Shown: one piece after another, positions 35,953-50,450 of the stretch
Layout of the letters: each line of letters opens with the position of its first letter
Numbering within the stretch: position 1 is the stretch's first letter
From: Octopus vulgaris
Lineage: Eukaryota
Assembly (NCBI GenBank): GCA_951406725.2
Contig: OX597816.1
Coordinates: forward strand, 21,700,001 to 21,764,000
Reading direction: 5' to 3'
DNA length: 64,000 nt
Position numbers and translations under genes: made by a program
Notes under the pieces: generated by a model
Database searches by the model: none
Told to the model about the DNA's origin: nothing
Seen by the model: only the letters and a program-made list of their open reading frames with translations

Positions 35953-36788
35953 CTTAGGCTTGTTATTAATGTTGTTGTCGACGAGTAGCCCCTGATTAAA
36001 TATGATTGATCAGATTTATGTTTACAGAGTTTCTGGATTTCACTATTAGGTCCTTGATTAGACATTCTGCATTTCCTTTCATAATGAGATTTTATTCTTG
36101 CATGTGGCAGTACTGATGTAATTATATATCCGTTCTTCTTGCTGTTATTCTGGAGCACCATAAATTTGCATCAATTCTATTTCAAACTACAACAGGCATA
36201 CGATGTAGAGGAACAACAGATGTCTTTGTTGTATCATGTATAGTTTTCCATACTCCACCCTGATGACCACTAGAATGTTCAGACTACAGATTTACAATAC
36301 TGAGCAAGCTTAAAGAAATATGCAGACTTCCTAAAATTTTGTATATTACCGTCTGATAAAGACGAAGCCCTTGTGATAACATAAATCAAGATAAACTATG
36401 TATGAAAGGCATGGAATAATTATGACCACGCGCTTTTGATTAAAGTTCTGCTCGATAAAAGCATAGGTAGATCTAAATAAGGATACAACAGCCATACAAG
36501 AGTTAAACATCTGTAAAGTAAAACATCTGTGGAACTACGACTGACAAGTCATACGATAAACGTGTATGTCAGAAAATGTATTGTTGCCGTCCCCTGGGCA
36601 TATATGTGGTATATATGATGCATTAGATCTAATTATATCACTTTGAACCGATTATTGTTTATTTGTTAAATGCCACACCTTGTAAGTTTTTGTTAAATCG
36701 TGTGTCTTCAAAACTGCTCTTTTTATATTCGATTTGACAGCAGCTTTTCCCAATGTAGATTTCGATTGAAATCAAGTATATACATTAT

Positions 36789-36965
36789 AGGGAGAGTTTA
36801 CGAAAAAAAAAAAACACCGAAAGACGAAGACAGGTGGTGTACAAAACAAACAGATGTATTAGTATAACGCTCAGGAATAGAAAAATTCTTTTACGTTTCG
36901 AGCCTACGCTCTGCTACAGAAAGTGACACAGAAAAAACAAGGAGAGAAAAAAGGGGAGAAAAATA
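36789..36965 (-). mobile_element. Penelope-pLTR-like family P3 with HHR-like motif at 36888-36923
   Basis: Minus strand CTTT-CTGTAGC-A-GAGC gtag GCTC-GAAA-CG-TA-AAAG. Perfect helices I and II and ACGT helix III, with a non-canonical core. Homologous to 41995-42120 and 40161-40258. Confidence 0.65.
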
Positions 36966-38777
36966 TATATAGTATACACGAGTGTATACAGCATATGAAT
37001 GACTAAGTAACCAGGGATCAAATAAATAGTATATACAGCTTTCCTAAACGTAACACTTATGTGTTTGAAATATTTTTGTATCGATCCACTAAAGCAGGAC
37101 TGCTTGCTTCTGGCTGCCTGATCGGAGTTTGATCCCTAAATGTTACAGTCAAGCTGTAAGTGGATCTACCTTTGAAATCAATCTATCAAACCATCATCTT
37201 TCGCTCTTTTGTTATACTCTCATTCATCTTGCTTCAGCACAATGAACGTGAGAGACAGTGAGGGAGGTTTCCATACAGGAAACCGTCTATGATATAATGA
37301 GAAAAAGAAGACCTCGAAGTTGGAATATACATTTGCAGTCTACTCAGTCATTGAGACGATTTAATTTTAGTAAATAGCAATCAAGTTAGTGAACCAAAAT
37401 GTCCGGAATGAAGGAATTATTCAATGTAGCAGAAGGAATTTCTTATTCTATTTAGTTTCTTTTGAATCGTTGAAAGAATTTATTTCTAGCCATTTATTCT
37501 GTTTTGTCTGTAAAAGTTGCAATTAATTAAATAACTTTGGTCTTTGCAGTCAAATGGTACAGAAATTTACTTCATTTCATTTCTTTGACAGAATATTTTC
37601 ATCGGATGCACCATAATTCACCATGTTTCGGCCACATTATCAATACAAACTGAAATTGGTTTTGAACTAGAAACATTCTACGAAGTTGTTATGCTAACTC
37701 TCACACACTAAGGGTATCTCTAGAGGCATATGTCTCAATAGTTCGGAGATCAGAGTGTCTCTCAAGGTCCAGCTGCTACTTGTCCACATTGAGCTGTAAT
37801 CGCTCAGGTACGGCAGACATGTCATTTAAATATCGCTAGAAAGAAGCAAGAGGGATTATTAAAGTCGAATAAACAGGCAGGTGACCTAGGGGTAGAGTCT
37901 ATTCCTTCTTAACTTGGGTCCATATGGCCACTGAGGGTCCATATAAGATCTTTGGGTAGGGGGTCAACGTAACAAAATAGTAGACTGAAGATCCATAATA
38001 ATAATAATTTAAGGGCCCCTGAAATGGTTTCGATTTAGATTGTATTGGTATGTAGGGTAAGAAACATCTAGGTCTCTTTCTCTAACATTTTACATAGTTC
38101 AACCTATACAAGTCAATGTGTGAAAACAAAATAGGAATTTAGGAAGAAAACATGTATAAAAGTAGTTTTTAGACATCGAATGGCCATGAAGAACCACGAT
38201 AACAAAAGAGTAATAAATAAACAAAATGGCTGAGAACCCTTAGAGGTAGACCAAGAAAACAACAAGGATTGGAGAATAACTACACTTGAGAATCGATCTG
38301 AAAAGTGTGATGACAGTCTCTTTTCTTTTAATAAGACCATATGAAGGATGTGTCTGAGGAGTAGGAAGACAAAATGTATGCATGTATATTGTCTACATAG
38401 TAATCAAGGGAGATAATTACCTGGTAGTGAACGTCTGAGAGCAATGTTATTTTTAACTAACAATTACATGTTGCACACACACTATATATATATTACATAT
38501 CTCATAATTAAATTCTCTATCCGAATCCAATAGTCGGTCTTGTTGAGAAATGCAATGAACTCTGATCTCTGGCACTTCTCCATTTCTATAGGAAAAACTG
38601 GATTTAACACTGCAATACAAAAACATCTCATTCACAAAATTGGGATCTTCACCTTTTGACCGACATATTTAAAAAATATTTTTTTGTAACTAAACACTTT
38701 CAAACTTCGGACACTGGTAGAATGTGTCACATAAAACATCTTTTACACTTAGCATTTTTGAGAAAAGCTTATATTTA

Positions 38778-38861
38778 CGAACCGCTAAGTTACAGGGTAC
38801 GTAAACACTACAGCATCAGTTGTCAAGCGATGGAAGGGGGAAAAACCATACAAACACACAA

Positions 38862-38896
<35 letters not shown>

Positions 38897-39075
38897 TATA
38901 TTTATATATACGATGGGCTTCTTTCAGTTACCGTCTACCAAATCCACTCACAAGCCTTTGGTCGTCCCGTGGCTATAGTAGAATATAATTGACCAAGGTG
39001 CGACGCAGTGGGTTTGAACACGGAACCATGTGGTTGGGAAGCAAGCTTCTTGCCACAGAGCCACTACTGCGCCCA
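38778..39075 (-). mobile_element. SINE family A, 3'-truncated
   Basis: Reverse-complement match. Confidence 0.85.
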
Positions 39076-39092
39076 TTGTATGCATGTATGTA

Positions 39093-39153
<61 letters not shown>

Positions 39154-39885
39154 TACATATACATACATATCTATAAGCATAAATATATAGAGATAGATGT
39201 ATAGATAGACAGAGAGAGAGAGGGAAAAGAAAGGCATAGTGACAGTAATAACCTGGTGTAAAGGTTCAACATGCTTCTGCTTCAGAGAAAAGGTTTAGTC
39301 GAGTACAAAGATTAATGAGTGATTACATAAGTGACAAGAGAACAAGAAATTATGCAATTAACTTCATTAACTTAACGATGTTTCTGCTACCAGACTCAAT
39401 GCGCTACATGTCGGTGATGCTTCCCGTATATATATAAATGCTTACTCCAAATAAACTTGCACTTCATTTCCGAAGCAACGTCAGAGCTATAAGGCAGTAC
39501 AGAAGCACTCAAATGTGAGTACGTTGCATCCTATAGCAGAAGCAGCTGTAAGCTGATAAAATTCGTTACATAATTCTTGTTTCCTTGTCAATTACATACA
39601 TGCGGGCACTTATGTGTGTGTTTACGTGTGTATGTGTGTGTGTGTGTGTGTGTACATATACATATAGATACATGCATACATCCGTTTTTCTATATTGTAG
39701 TTAAACATCTATTATCAACCTCCACTCGTTCTTTCATCTATCGTTATAGCTATATAGCTTGCTAGCTATCCACTCAGACAATACGGGTAATCATTCAAAC
39801 TTTCTGAAATAAACATTACAAATGCCCTCCTGGTGAGAAGGCCCAGTCGAAAACCATATCCTACAGTTCCGTAATTAAACAAACA

Positions 39886-39939
<54 letters not shown>

Positions 39940-40050
39940 CATACATACATTATACACAAAATACATACATGAATACATACATACATACATAAATAAATAC
40001 ATACATAAAAATACACACATACATACATATATACATATATGAATATATGA

Positions 40051-40128
<78 letters not shown>

Positions 40129-40160
40129 ATGTATGTGTGTGTGTATCTATACATATATAT

Positions 40161-40258
40161 ATAAGATTTTCTCACCTTCCCGAGCGTTAAGCTAATACAC
40201 GTCTTTGTTTTTTATAGACGTGTCTTCGTCTTTTGTTTTTCTATAAATTTCAACTGTA
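40161..40258 (+). mobile_element. family P3 fragment (part downstream of the HHR) in (TA)n
   Basis: TTCCCGAGCGTTAAGCTAATACA...TGTCTTCGTCTTT is the reverse complement of 36810-36880. Confidence 0.55.
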
Positions 40259-41470
40259 TATATATATGTGCGTGTCTGTGTGTGTTTGCGCGTGTCTGTG
40301 TGTGTTTGCGCGTGTCTGTGTGTGTGAGGTGCATGTGTTTGTGTTTGTATGTGTATGTGTGTGCATGTGTGTGCGTTCTATCCCTTGGCCATACAACCTA
40401 CCCGTTCAGCTAATAGTTGTAGAGGTAAACATGTACCAGACCAGGACAGGTATTACGGTGAAAACGATCAAGCAAAAATTCTTGAATGCGTTCTTACTTC
40501 ACCTGGCCACATTTGAATGTCTGAAGCTAGAAAATGAATAAAAGTGTTCTCGAAAACCTAGTGAACAATTAACAGAGGAAGAAAACAGTAAAAACTTTCT
40601 TTACACATCTGATCAGTTTTTGAATGTGTTTTGCTGTACTGAGTGCTGTAACTAGTAACGTCTGAAAGAAAATTTGTCGCTATGTGTATACGTATATATA
40701 TGTGTGTGTGCGTGTGGTGTATTTGTGTGTGTGTGTGTGTGGAGATATATTTTTGTTGTGGTGTTTGATGTTTTTTTTTTTTATATAACTAGTATTGATA
40801 TTGCATTGAATTTTTTTTTTTTCGGTGTAACTGATTACATTTATTCTGTAACCTACAGCACACCCAGCATATATTCAAATAACTTGCCGAAAAGAGAAGA
40901 AAAAAAAAACAACAACAACAACAACATTGAAAACACAAGTAAAATTTCGAAAAAAAAACCACACAGAAAACCATTTTGTTTAGCAGTCTTTGATAAATAA
41001 AAAAAGAAAGAAAGCTCTTGGACTTTGTAGCTTCAGTAGTTTCTAAGATACCAGAACAAGCACCCAAGCAAGTAATCACTCAGGTAAACAAACTGAACAA
41101 AAATAGTTTTATACAATGTTTTATATTTGATAGTTATGTTGGCTGATATGAATAATGGTAATGGTGTGCAGTCAATAAATGGCGAGCTGTGAATATTTTT
41201 GTCATGTATCACATGGTAGGCACAAGATCACAAAGTGTTTTGAGAACATGCAAAATATCATAACATAGAATTTACTTGAGCTTTCCATTGACTGTTCCGC
41301 AGAAAAAAAACATTAATCTCAATGTAGTTAATAATCATTTCTTATGTAAGTACAAGGCCGATGTTTTTATAAGGAATGAGTGTAGCATATGAAATTGAAT
41401 GCGGTGTATAATTGTATTGATTGCTTCAAGGAATAGTATATCTATCCTCGTTTATCACGGGTCTTCGCGT

Positions 41471-41695
41471 TACTCTTTTGCTCTTTTACTTGTTTCAGTC
41501 ATTTGACTGCAGCCACGCTGGAGCACCACCTTTAGTCCTGCAAATCGACCCCAGGACTTATTCTCTATAGGCCTAGTACTTATTCTATCGGTCTCTTTTT
41601 GCTGAACCGCTAGGTTACGGGGACGTAAACACACCAGCATCGGTTGTCAAGTGATGTTGGGGGTGACAAACACAGACACACACACATACACACAG

Positions 41696-41783
<88 letters not shown>

Positions 41784-41955
41784 GCATACATATATGCGAC
41801 TGGCTTCTTTCAGCTTCCGTCTACCAAATCCACTCATAAAGCTTTGGTCGGCCCGAGGCTATAGTAGATGACACTTGCCCATGGTGCCACGCATTGGGAC
41901 TGAACCCGGAACCATGTGGCTGGTAAGCAAGCTACTTACCACACAGCCACTCCTA
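41471..41955 (-). mobile_element. SINE family A, full length, with expanded internal (TA)n
   Basis: Reverse-complement head-to-tail match. Confidence 0.9.
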
Positions 41956-41994
41956 ATATATATATATATTTATATGTTATTAAAATTAATGTAA

Positions 41995-42120
41995 CATACA
42001 GGTGTACGAACAACAACTGAGTGTACTAGTTTGACGCTCGGGAAAAATGAAAATGTCTTTTACTTTTCGAGCCTGCGCTCTTCAACAGAAAGGGATAAGT
42101 GAAAATAAACACAGAAAGAA
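41995..42120 (-). mobile_element. family P3 with HHR-like motif at 42057-42092
   Basis: Minus strand CTTT-CTGTTGA-A-GAGC gcag GCTC-GAAA-AG-TA-AAAG. Confidence 0.6.
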
Positions 42121-42129
42121 TGTGTGTGT

Positions 42130-42172
<43 letters not shown>

Positions 42173-42184
42173 TATGTGTGTGCA

Positions 42185-42360
42185 TATACATACGACGGCC
42201 TTCAGCGGGCTTCTTTCAGTTTACATCTACCAAATCCACTCACAAGGCCTTGGTCGCCCCGAGGCTATAGTAAAAGACACTTGCCCAAGTTGTCACGCAG
42301 TGGGACTGAACGTGGAACCATGTGGTTGGGAAGTAAGGGTTCTTAACACACAGCCACTGC
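42185..42360 (-). mobile_element. SINE family A 5' half
   Basis: Reverse-complement match from the head to the internal microsatellite. Confidence 0.82.
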
Positions 42361-43247
42361 TATATAACATCTATAATAGTTTTCTAAAGTGCTGGATGTT
42401 GACAGGACTTTGAACTGGTAAGAAGTAGGAAGTACGGTTTTGAAGAAAACCACTTTAGACAAACCTCATTTGTCTCTCACTTTCTCTCTCCCTTTCAGTG
42501 TGTGTGTGTGTGTGTGTGTATATATTTGTCTGTCTTTCACCCTGTGTGTGTGTTTGTATGCCCTAGTACGCTAAATTCTAATCAGAGCGGAACAAGAGCC
42601 AAATGTTCGTAGTACGCCATTCTACCTACCGCTCCATGATTTCTACACAGGAATGGCGATTACCTTAAAATGAATAATAGGACCGTGCACGTATTGGGGG
42701 TAGTGTTTAGTTCAGCTGTTTTGTATAATGGTTTAATGAGGTGGAGAGAGATCTGTGTAGGTCTTCTAGTTCTCTGTAACCAGTGATTTTATGAAGGTCA
42801 TTGTCCCTCTACAATACATGCATGTTGCCATCGGGTAAAAATCCTACGTAGGGGAAAATTTCGGGAGTGACATAATGTGGAGAAGACCTGGATATGTAGT
42901 TATGACAGGGTCTATATATTGGGCATTAATGATACACGGGTAGAAATAACAGTAGTGATGTGTGACGCGGTGGAACTAAGTAAAAGTAACTTGAGGGCAT
43001 GAGTTCTGAGGAGCTCAGGTCGGTGTTGTAGCGATAGAAAGAGAGGTACAACATGCTTGAGAGTACTAGCAACCATGACCATCCAGTCATTTCAGTGATC
43101 CATAATTATGTGTGATGTAGCAAGAATGTGTGCGTGATACTAACGTATCCCAACCGCGGTAGTTGCGTTCCGTTCAGCAACGCAACGCACTTAATCATTT
43201 TAAATTTGATTTAAATTAATTAGACACAGATATAATTGCAATACTTT

Positions 43248-43252
43248 CGGTG

Positions 43253-43313
<61 letters not shown>

Positions 43314-43332
43314 CAGCAGCAGCAGCAGCATC

Positions 43333-43387
<55 letters not shown>

Positions 43388-43427
43388 ATAGTATCAGCAG
43401 CAGCAGCAGTAGTGGTAGTAGTTGTAG
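43248..43427. repeat. (GTG)/(GTA)/(GCA) compound trinucleotide repeat
   Basis: Directly visible. Confidence 0.92.
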
Positions 43428-44522
43428 TTTCTAACATCTTTACGTAGTATTATATTAATTTAAGCGATAGGTAATTAACTTTTAAATGGAAAAGTCTACC
43501 TAGGCAGTAGAGAAATATGCAACTTTTGTGGATTGACGGAACTGAAATTCTCTCTGTCATTTATAATAAATACCAACTTTTTTCTTCTCGACACAGCGCC
43601 ATCTTATTGTTGATAGTATTTAATTGAAATCACACAGACATTCGCAGTTAAGAATTATTGCATGTATATAAATGTATGTAAGTATATAAGTATGTATGTA
43701 TAGTCTAAAAAGTAAGTACTACCAGCAATGCCGACAAACATTAATACAGTATAGAAATATTTATCCAGTTAAGTAAATGCCATTCTTATCTACGAGTGGC
43801 TTTCTCCGTGAATACTGGTCTATTCAGAGAACTATTTAAAGAAATCGTTTGGTATTGATACGACTTACAAATTAATGGCTTCCACTATTAGATTTAGTAT
43901 ATCTTTTCATTTTTCTCTCTAGGATATCAGCAAAACAATGACAACTAATAAGGTGTTTGTATCTGTGTGTGTATTTATATATATTTATATATCGTATACT
44001 AGTCCTATGTTCATAGGCGTATATCGTGCGGAAGATATGTATACGTATATATAATTGTGTTTAACTTTTTCAAATTACTTTCCAGTAGAGAAAAAGCCAG
44101 TCTAGCATAGAGAAACAAGGCACTTCCATTGAAATTTGGACAAGATAAAGTAGACTGACATGGTTTAGTCTTTGAAATAGCTCTTCAAATAAGAAAGAGC
44201 CGGTTTCTAACCCAGAAATACAGATATCTCAATGGAATTTTTACATCAGCTATCATGCAGTTAATTATGTTGTGTATGTTACTGCATGTATATTTTCATG
44301 CATTGATTACTAGTATGAATCTCGATCATTACGTCATTACAGTGTCATATAGAATGCTATGCGATATATTTTCCCGCTCACTGCATTCAGATCTCATCGA
44401 AGTAAGATTTATTGTGAGGGACGATTGATGAAATTGTTACGGCGTTGATAACGGTGCCTTGCGGTACCTATCTCTGCTTTTGACGCTCTAAGTTTTTATT
44501 CTCTTTAGGTATAGGCATCACA

Positions 44523-44755
44523 AGGCGGCGAGCTGGCAGAAACGTTAGCACGCCGGGCGAAATGCTTAGCGGTATTTCGTCTGCCATTACGTTCTGAGTT
44601 CAAATTCCACCGATATCGACTTTGCCTTCCATCCTTTCAAGGTCAATAAATTAAGTACCAGTTACGCACTGGGGTCGATGCAATCGACTTAATCCCTGTG
44701 TCTATCCTTGTTTGTCCCCTCTGTGTTTAGCCCCTTGTGGGTAGTAAAGAAATAG
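44523..44755 (+). mobile_element. SINE family B, full length
   Basis: AGGCGGCGAGCTGGCAGAAACGTTAGCACGCCGGGCG...GTCCCCTCTGTGTTTAGCCCCTTGTGGGTAGTAAAGAAATA. Confidence 0.92.
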
Positions 44756-45162
44756 CTATAGACATCCTGTCCTGCCATGTCATTTAATCGTAAAATATGC
44801 AATATGCTAACTAGGATTGGGTTCTTCTGCATATTGAAGTCTACTCTGAAAGAAGTGATTACAGATTTTAAACAATGGAATCCTCTGTTCATACACCGAA
44901 GGTTTTACGTCGAGAATAATAGGAAAGTGACAAGTAGCATAATGTAGAAGAGGGGACGATGTCCGTGGATAAATATGATTACAATCTCTACAGCTTCGTC
45001 CATGAGTCCCAGAGTTGTAGCGCTTGATCGAATCCATAAAATATACACTTCCGAAGTGAAATTCTTAATCATATGACCGGACATGCACTAGTGGTTTGAT
45101 TTTTCCTCTGTATTATATTCTTTCTCTGATAATATTCTTTTTAATATTATCTTAATTTTATA

Positions 45163-45385
45163 AGGTGGTGTATTGGCAGAATTGTTAAATACCCCACGCA
45201 AAATGCTTAGCAGCATGTCCTCCCTCCTCACGTTCTGAGTTCAAATTCTGCCCAGCTCGACTTTGTCTTTCATCCTTTCAGGGTCGATAAAATATGTACC
45301 AATTGAGCACTGGGGGTCAATGTAATCGACTTACCCTTCCCCTTGAAATTTCTGGCCTTGTGCCAAAATCAGAAATCAATATTAT
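45163..45385 (+). mobile_element. SINE family B (alternative tail)
   Basis: Same head and core, ending GAAATTTCTGGCCTTGTGCCAAAA. Confidence 0.85.
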
Positions 45386-47145
45386 TTTTAACACTAGTGT
45401 TAGATGAGTTTAGGTTTATAACGGTATGTCATAAATGAATTTGATTAGCAGCCAGGATGTGTTACGCTGATTGGTATATACATTAACTGAAGCACATGCA
45501 AAAAATATGAATGTACCACAGCACACATGAACCTCTAGAAGTGTGATATTCTATATTCCCTTACCGGTTTTCATAAATATATTGCTTTTGTGAAACTTTG
45601 GGTTTTGGCATTTGTTTTTCACAAAAAGAAAGAAAAAAGAAACACCTGTCAATATGACTACCACTTACAACATTGGCAACAAACCTTTGTTCACAACGTA
45701 TTTTAAATAACAAGCAGGAACGGTGTTACTGAATCTTTGTTATTATTCAAAAATATATTCAGATAACACCCTACGACATAAAAAGGCCAGGATACGTTGG
45801 ACAACGGTTGTTAATGCTTTTGAACTGAAATTGTTATCATAAGTCCTGTATCAGAAGGCAAGTTCAAAGGAAGTCACATTAAAATCAAAAACGATTATTG
45901 GCAAAGAAAAATAGTTCTTACTATTCTTGGATTTTGCGCTGTCTTTTTTCAATAAAATCTATATGACAGCTGAAAGCTTTATGTGAACATGTGTGAATTT
46001 TGTTATATCTAAATATGTGATAGGTTGTCTGTGAAATTATGTTATTTTACGTATATGTAAATATATAACACCTTATGCATATGTATATGTATATGTGTAT
46101 AAGTGTGAGTGGGTGAGCGTGTACATATTGATTAAGTCATAGGCCTTAGTGGCACTGGTGTTCTCAAATCGTCGTGAATCTCTCATGCACATAAACGCTT
46201 ACACTCACATGCACACATAAGTACATACACAGATATCCATACACAGATATACACACATGCACACAGTCGTTGGCACACACATACACACAAACACACATGC
46301 ACAAAACACCCTCACACTCAACATGTACAAACGTCAAATCTGTATCACACCAAGATATGCAAAGCAGTAACTATAATCACCCACACGTATTGCTGTTTCG
46401 CTCACATACACTGCACGTAGCTTTAATAACTTTTTCCATCTCAGTAGCATTCCTTCATCAAACGTCCACAGCAACTGTACATACAATATCTCGTGACCAC
46501 TCCTGAATCAAAGCCAAATACCATATTTTCTCAGTGCACAGAACTTACATTTAGCTCTATGTTACACGAAAATCTGTAAGATATTGGTGTACCGTCCATT
46601 TTATGCAAAATATTCTTCTAAGCAATTGTGCTTAGTCAATGACCAATCAGAAAATTCAAGCTTCTTTCATCAGTGGTTCGATTACAACTGCGCCACAGTA
46701 GTACAAACTACGCCTAGAGCCGAAAACATTAGAAAAAATGTCCCCATCTATATGGACTGGAGATTTTTGACTTGTAATTTTGAGATCTTTGACTTCTAAT
46801 TTCAGTTTCTACATTATAATCACATGAAAAGCTATCTACTCATTGTTTTTCTCAATCTCGGTAACTTCAAAGGCCTAAGGGTATGACGATCGCCACCAAA
46901 TTTACAGAATGGTTTGGTTCATGACTTATCAACAAAATTTCCTCCGTAAGTTGAGTTATTGCGAAGTAATCTTATACATTTGTCCTTTGCTTTGCTTTCG
47001 TATCTCGAGTACATTTATTGGACAAAATATTTCTCCTCACATACAAAAGCACGCATAAATGCCATGTGAGAAAACATAATCCCTGATTTAAACCATCAGA
47101 CAAATGTGAGTAAAAGATCTGTTCACAAAGTAGGTATTTTTCAAG

Positions 47146-47431
47146 TCATCATCATCATCATCATCATCATCACCATCACCACCACCACCACCACCATCAC
47201 CATCACCATCATCACAACCATCACCATCACCATCATCACCATCATCACCATCATCACCATCACCATCATCACCATCATCACCATCACCATCATCACCCTC
47301 ACCATCACCATCATCACCATCACCATCATCACCACCACCACCACCACCATCATCACCATCATCACCACTACCACCATCACCACCATCACCACCACCATCA
47401 CCACCATCGCCACCACCATCACCACCATCAC

Positions 47432-47480
<49 letters not shown>

Positions 47481-47500
47481 GTCGTAGTCGTCGTCGTAGT
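47146..47500. repeat. cryptic (CAT/CAC)n trinucleotide repeat
   Basis: Directly visible. Confidence 0.95.
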
Positions 47501-47714
47501 CTTATGATCAGTTTTCTCCCTGTTCTATTTACATGTACACCTAAGAATTCAAAAGTTCTCTATGGCCAACCTCAAATAGTACCCAGGTATCTGCTAATAA
47601 TTTATCTGATGTCAAATAATGCAATGTCATTATGTAACTTCGGAAAACACTTTTATTTCAACAAGTGTAACACAAAAGAATTTTGCCCGACAAATATTTT
47701 ACCTGTACAATGCC

Positions 47715-48203
47715 TATGTATAATTGCATCTGTTATGTCTGATATTCAGGTTTTCTTGCATCTGTTATGTGTAATATACATGTGTATTTGCATCTGTTAT
47801 GTGTAATATACAGGTTTGCTTGCATTTTTATTGTGTAATATACATGTGTTTGCGTCTGTTATGTGAAATATACATCAGTGTTTGCATCTGCTATGTGAAA
47901 TATACACCTGTGTTTGCATCTGTGATGTGTAATATACATGTGTTTTTGCATCTTTTTATTTGTAATATACATGTGAATTAGCATCTGTTATTTGTAATAC
48001 ACATGTGTTTGCGTCTGTCATTTGTAATATACATGTGTTTGCATCTGTTATGTGTAATGTACATGTGTATTTGCATCTTTTATATGTAATATACATGTGC
48101 GTTTGTCTATGTTATGCGTAATGTACGTGTGATTGCTTCTTTTATGTTTAATATATTGTCTGCATGTATTATGTGTAATATACATGAGTGTTTGCATCTG
48201 TGC
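47715..48203. repeat. ~30-bp minisatellite, about 16 diverged copies
   Basis: Consensus approximately TGTTTGCATCTGTTATGTGTAATATACATG(TG). Confidence 0.9.
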
Positions 48204-49485
48204 GTTGTTTGTACATCATATATATCGTTCTTACTGATATCATTCATGGCAGTTACATACCTAACATAAATTATGAATATTATTGCCTGAGTTTCGGCGT
48301 GTTATATAATTATGATAGAAATACAAGTGCTATACATGTATATAATATCTATAATAGATTTCTCACTGCATGTGGGTAGACTGTGGGAAGTATAGACGAG
48401 CAGGTGTCTGTTGCCTGTCCTCGCAGAATCTTATTTTCTCTGTAAATTGTTTTAATATAACGTGACTATATCAGAATTTATATTCTATAGTGTTTCTTTA
48501 TATATTGGCCAATGACTGCAATACAAATTTATTTATTTATGTTCATTTTAGTAGTTTTAAATATGCTCCCATCTTCATTACTGCTATCGTTCTTATACAC
48601 TGCTCGGGCAGCAGCTGTTGTTATCGCTTTTACCAATTCACTATCATTCTTCCTGTAATCATTATTAGCATCATTTTTCGCCAGTAGTAGGAACAAACAC
48701 AGCTGCAATATAATCAGCTCCAGATTTTGCTATGCTTGCATGGTTTAAATCAGCATCGAAATTAGTTGTTTTAATTCCGTTTTTTTTTTTTTCTCTTTTC
48801 CTATAGACCGATAGAAGATAAATTAGGATAGCAGAATGTAGATAGCGCTATTAGCAAGAATCTGAGTGCTGTATATTTATCCAATGGCATGGTAGAAGTA
48901 GAAGCATAAATTTACCATATTAGATAAACCCTAATTGCTTGGCTTTCAGGGGAAATAAATAACTTTCACTTTCAACATAACTTGATTCATCGCTGTTCTC
49001 TTGAAATTACGAGCTAATTTGAAATTATTATAAGAAACCGCATATTTTCTCCTTCGACTTACCTGGCTTTTGATAAGGCAGTCCTAGTGGAGTCTGGATG
49101 AGCAAGTAGATATCTGGCACATTCTTGGATAGCTGATGAATTCTTTATAAGCTGGAAGGGATTTGCAGGTAAATCTATAATAATAACTCAAGCTCTAAGA
49201 TAGCATTATTATTTGGATGATGATGGGAAATTGGAAAAGCATTATGGTGATGATGTTGATGACGATCGTTACCGTTATGGCCACCATTTTTATCACCATT
49301 ATCACCATAATCGTAACGATCATCACGGTGATCGTTAGTATGAACAGCAGGCTTCATACATATCTAATATTCTACTGGTTACCTAGGACATCACTGCGGC
49401 TGCAACTTATATAATCATCGCCATAACCAGCAACACCAATCTGGTTACTACAGTCTTTCATCATCATTAACAGCAGCGTTTGAGT

Positions 49486-50041
49486 TTAGGAGGAGGAGAA
49501 GAAAAGCAACAATAATAAGGATAAGTAAATGATCTTGAAGAAGAGAAGAAATAGACGAAGCTTGGAGCAAAAAACAAGGAGAGCAGAGGAAGAAGAGAAA
49601 GCAAAAGCAGAAACAGCAACAACGTGTAACAGTAGCAGCTGCAGAAAAAGGAGGAGGAGAAGAAGAAGAAGAAGAAGAAGAAGAAGAAGAAATAATGAGG
49701 AGGAAGGGGAGAAGAGGAAGAAGTAGAAGATGAAGAAGAAGGAGAAGGAGAATAAGAAAGAAGGAGGGGGAGGAGGAGGAGAGAAGAAGAAGGAGGAGGA
49801 GGAGAGGAAGGAGAAGGAGGAAGAGGGGGAAGAAGAAGAAAAAGAAGAACAAGAAAGAGAAGAAAAAGAAGGAGGAGAGAAGAAGGAGGAGGAGAAAGGA
49901 GGAGGAAGAAGAAGAAGAGGAAACGAAGAAGGGAAAAAGGAGAAGAGGAAAAAGGAGAAGAGGAAAAAGGAGAAGAAGGAAGAAAGACAAGGTGAGAAGG
50001 AGTAGAAGCGAGAGAGAACAAACAAAAAAGAAATGCCAAGA

Positions 50042-50082
<41 letters not shown>

Positions 50083-50106
50083 ATGGTGGTGGTGGTGGTG
50101 GTGGTG

Positions 50107-50164
<58 letters not shown>

Positions 50165-50185
50165 CAGTAGAGGAAGAAGAAAACG
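49486..50185. repeat. purine-rich (GAA/GGA)n tract followed by (GTA)/(GTG)n
   Basis: Directly visible low-complexity sequence. Confidence 0.92.
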
Positions 50186-50450
50186 AAAAGGGAGACGAAA
50201 TATCTTCTAGATTATGGATATTTCTTACTCCCACAGTTCTGTTGCTTATATTCATAACCTTCACAATATCCAATATGACTATTTCTTCATACGAGGCATT
50301 TGCTGCAGGATAAAACATTATTTATATATAGTTCATATCGATTTACACAGAAATAATAATTTAAGCATCATATAATGAAATCATATAATTAAATTACATA
50401 ATGATTCAATAATGATCGATTTATAGGATTTTTCATATTTGCATAAGCTG

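Noticed and set aside
37890-38245. possible hAT MITE (right end GGCTGAGAACCCTT)
   Set aside because: The left TIR and TSD could not be identified.
44441-44490. TTGATAA followed by hairpin GGTGCC-TTGC-GGTACC as a U3-A8 hammerhead
   Set aside because: No GAAA box or helix III follows.
42560-46800. host-gene exons in the more complex stretches (also 18500-19900, 50700-51250)
   Set aside because: No ORF with recognisable protein similarity. Small exons cannot be excluded without RNA-seq or homology searches.
47106-47507. poly-His/Thr/Ile or Met/Val ORF
   Set aside because: A (CAT/CAC)n repeat with no evidence of being an exon.
49448-50318. 283-aa and 180-aa low-complexity ORFs
   Set aside because: They arise from GAA/GGA/GTA repeats, are open in several frames on both strands, and show no domain or splice evidence.
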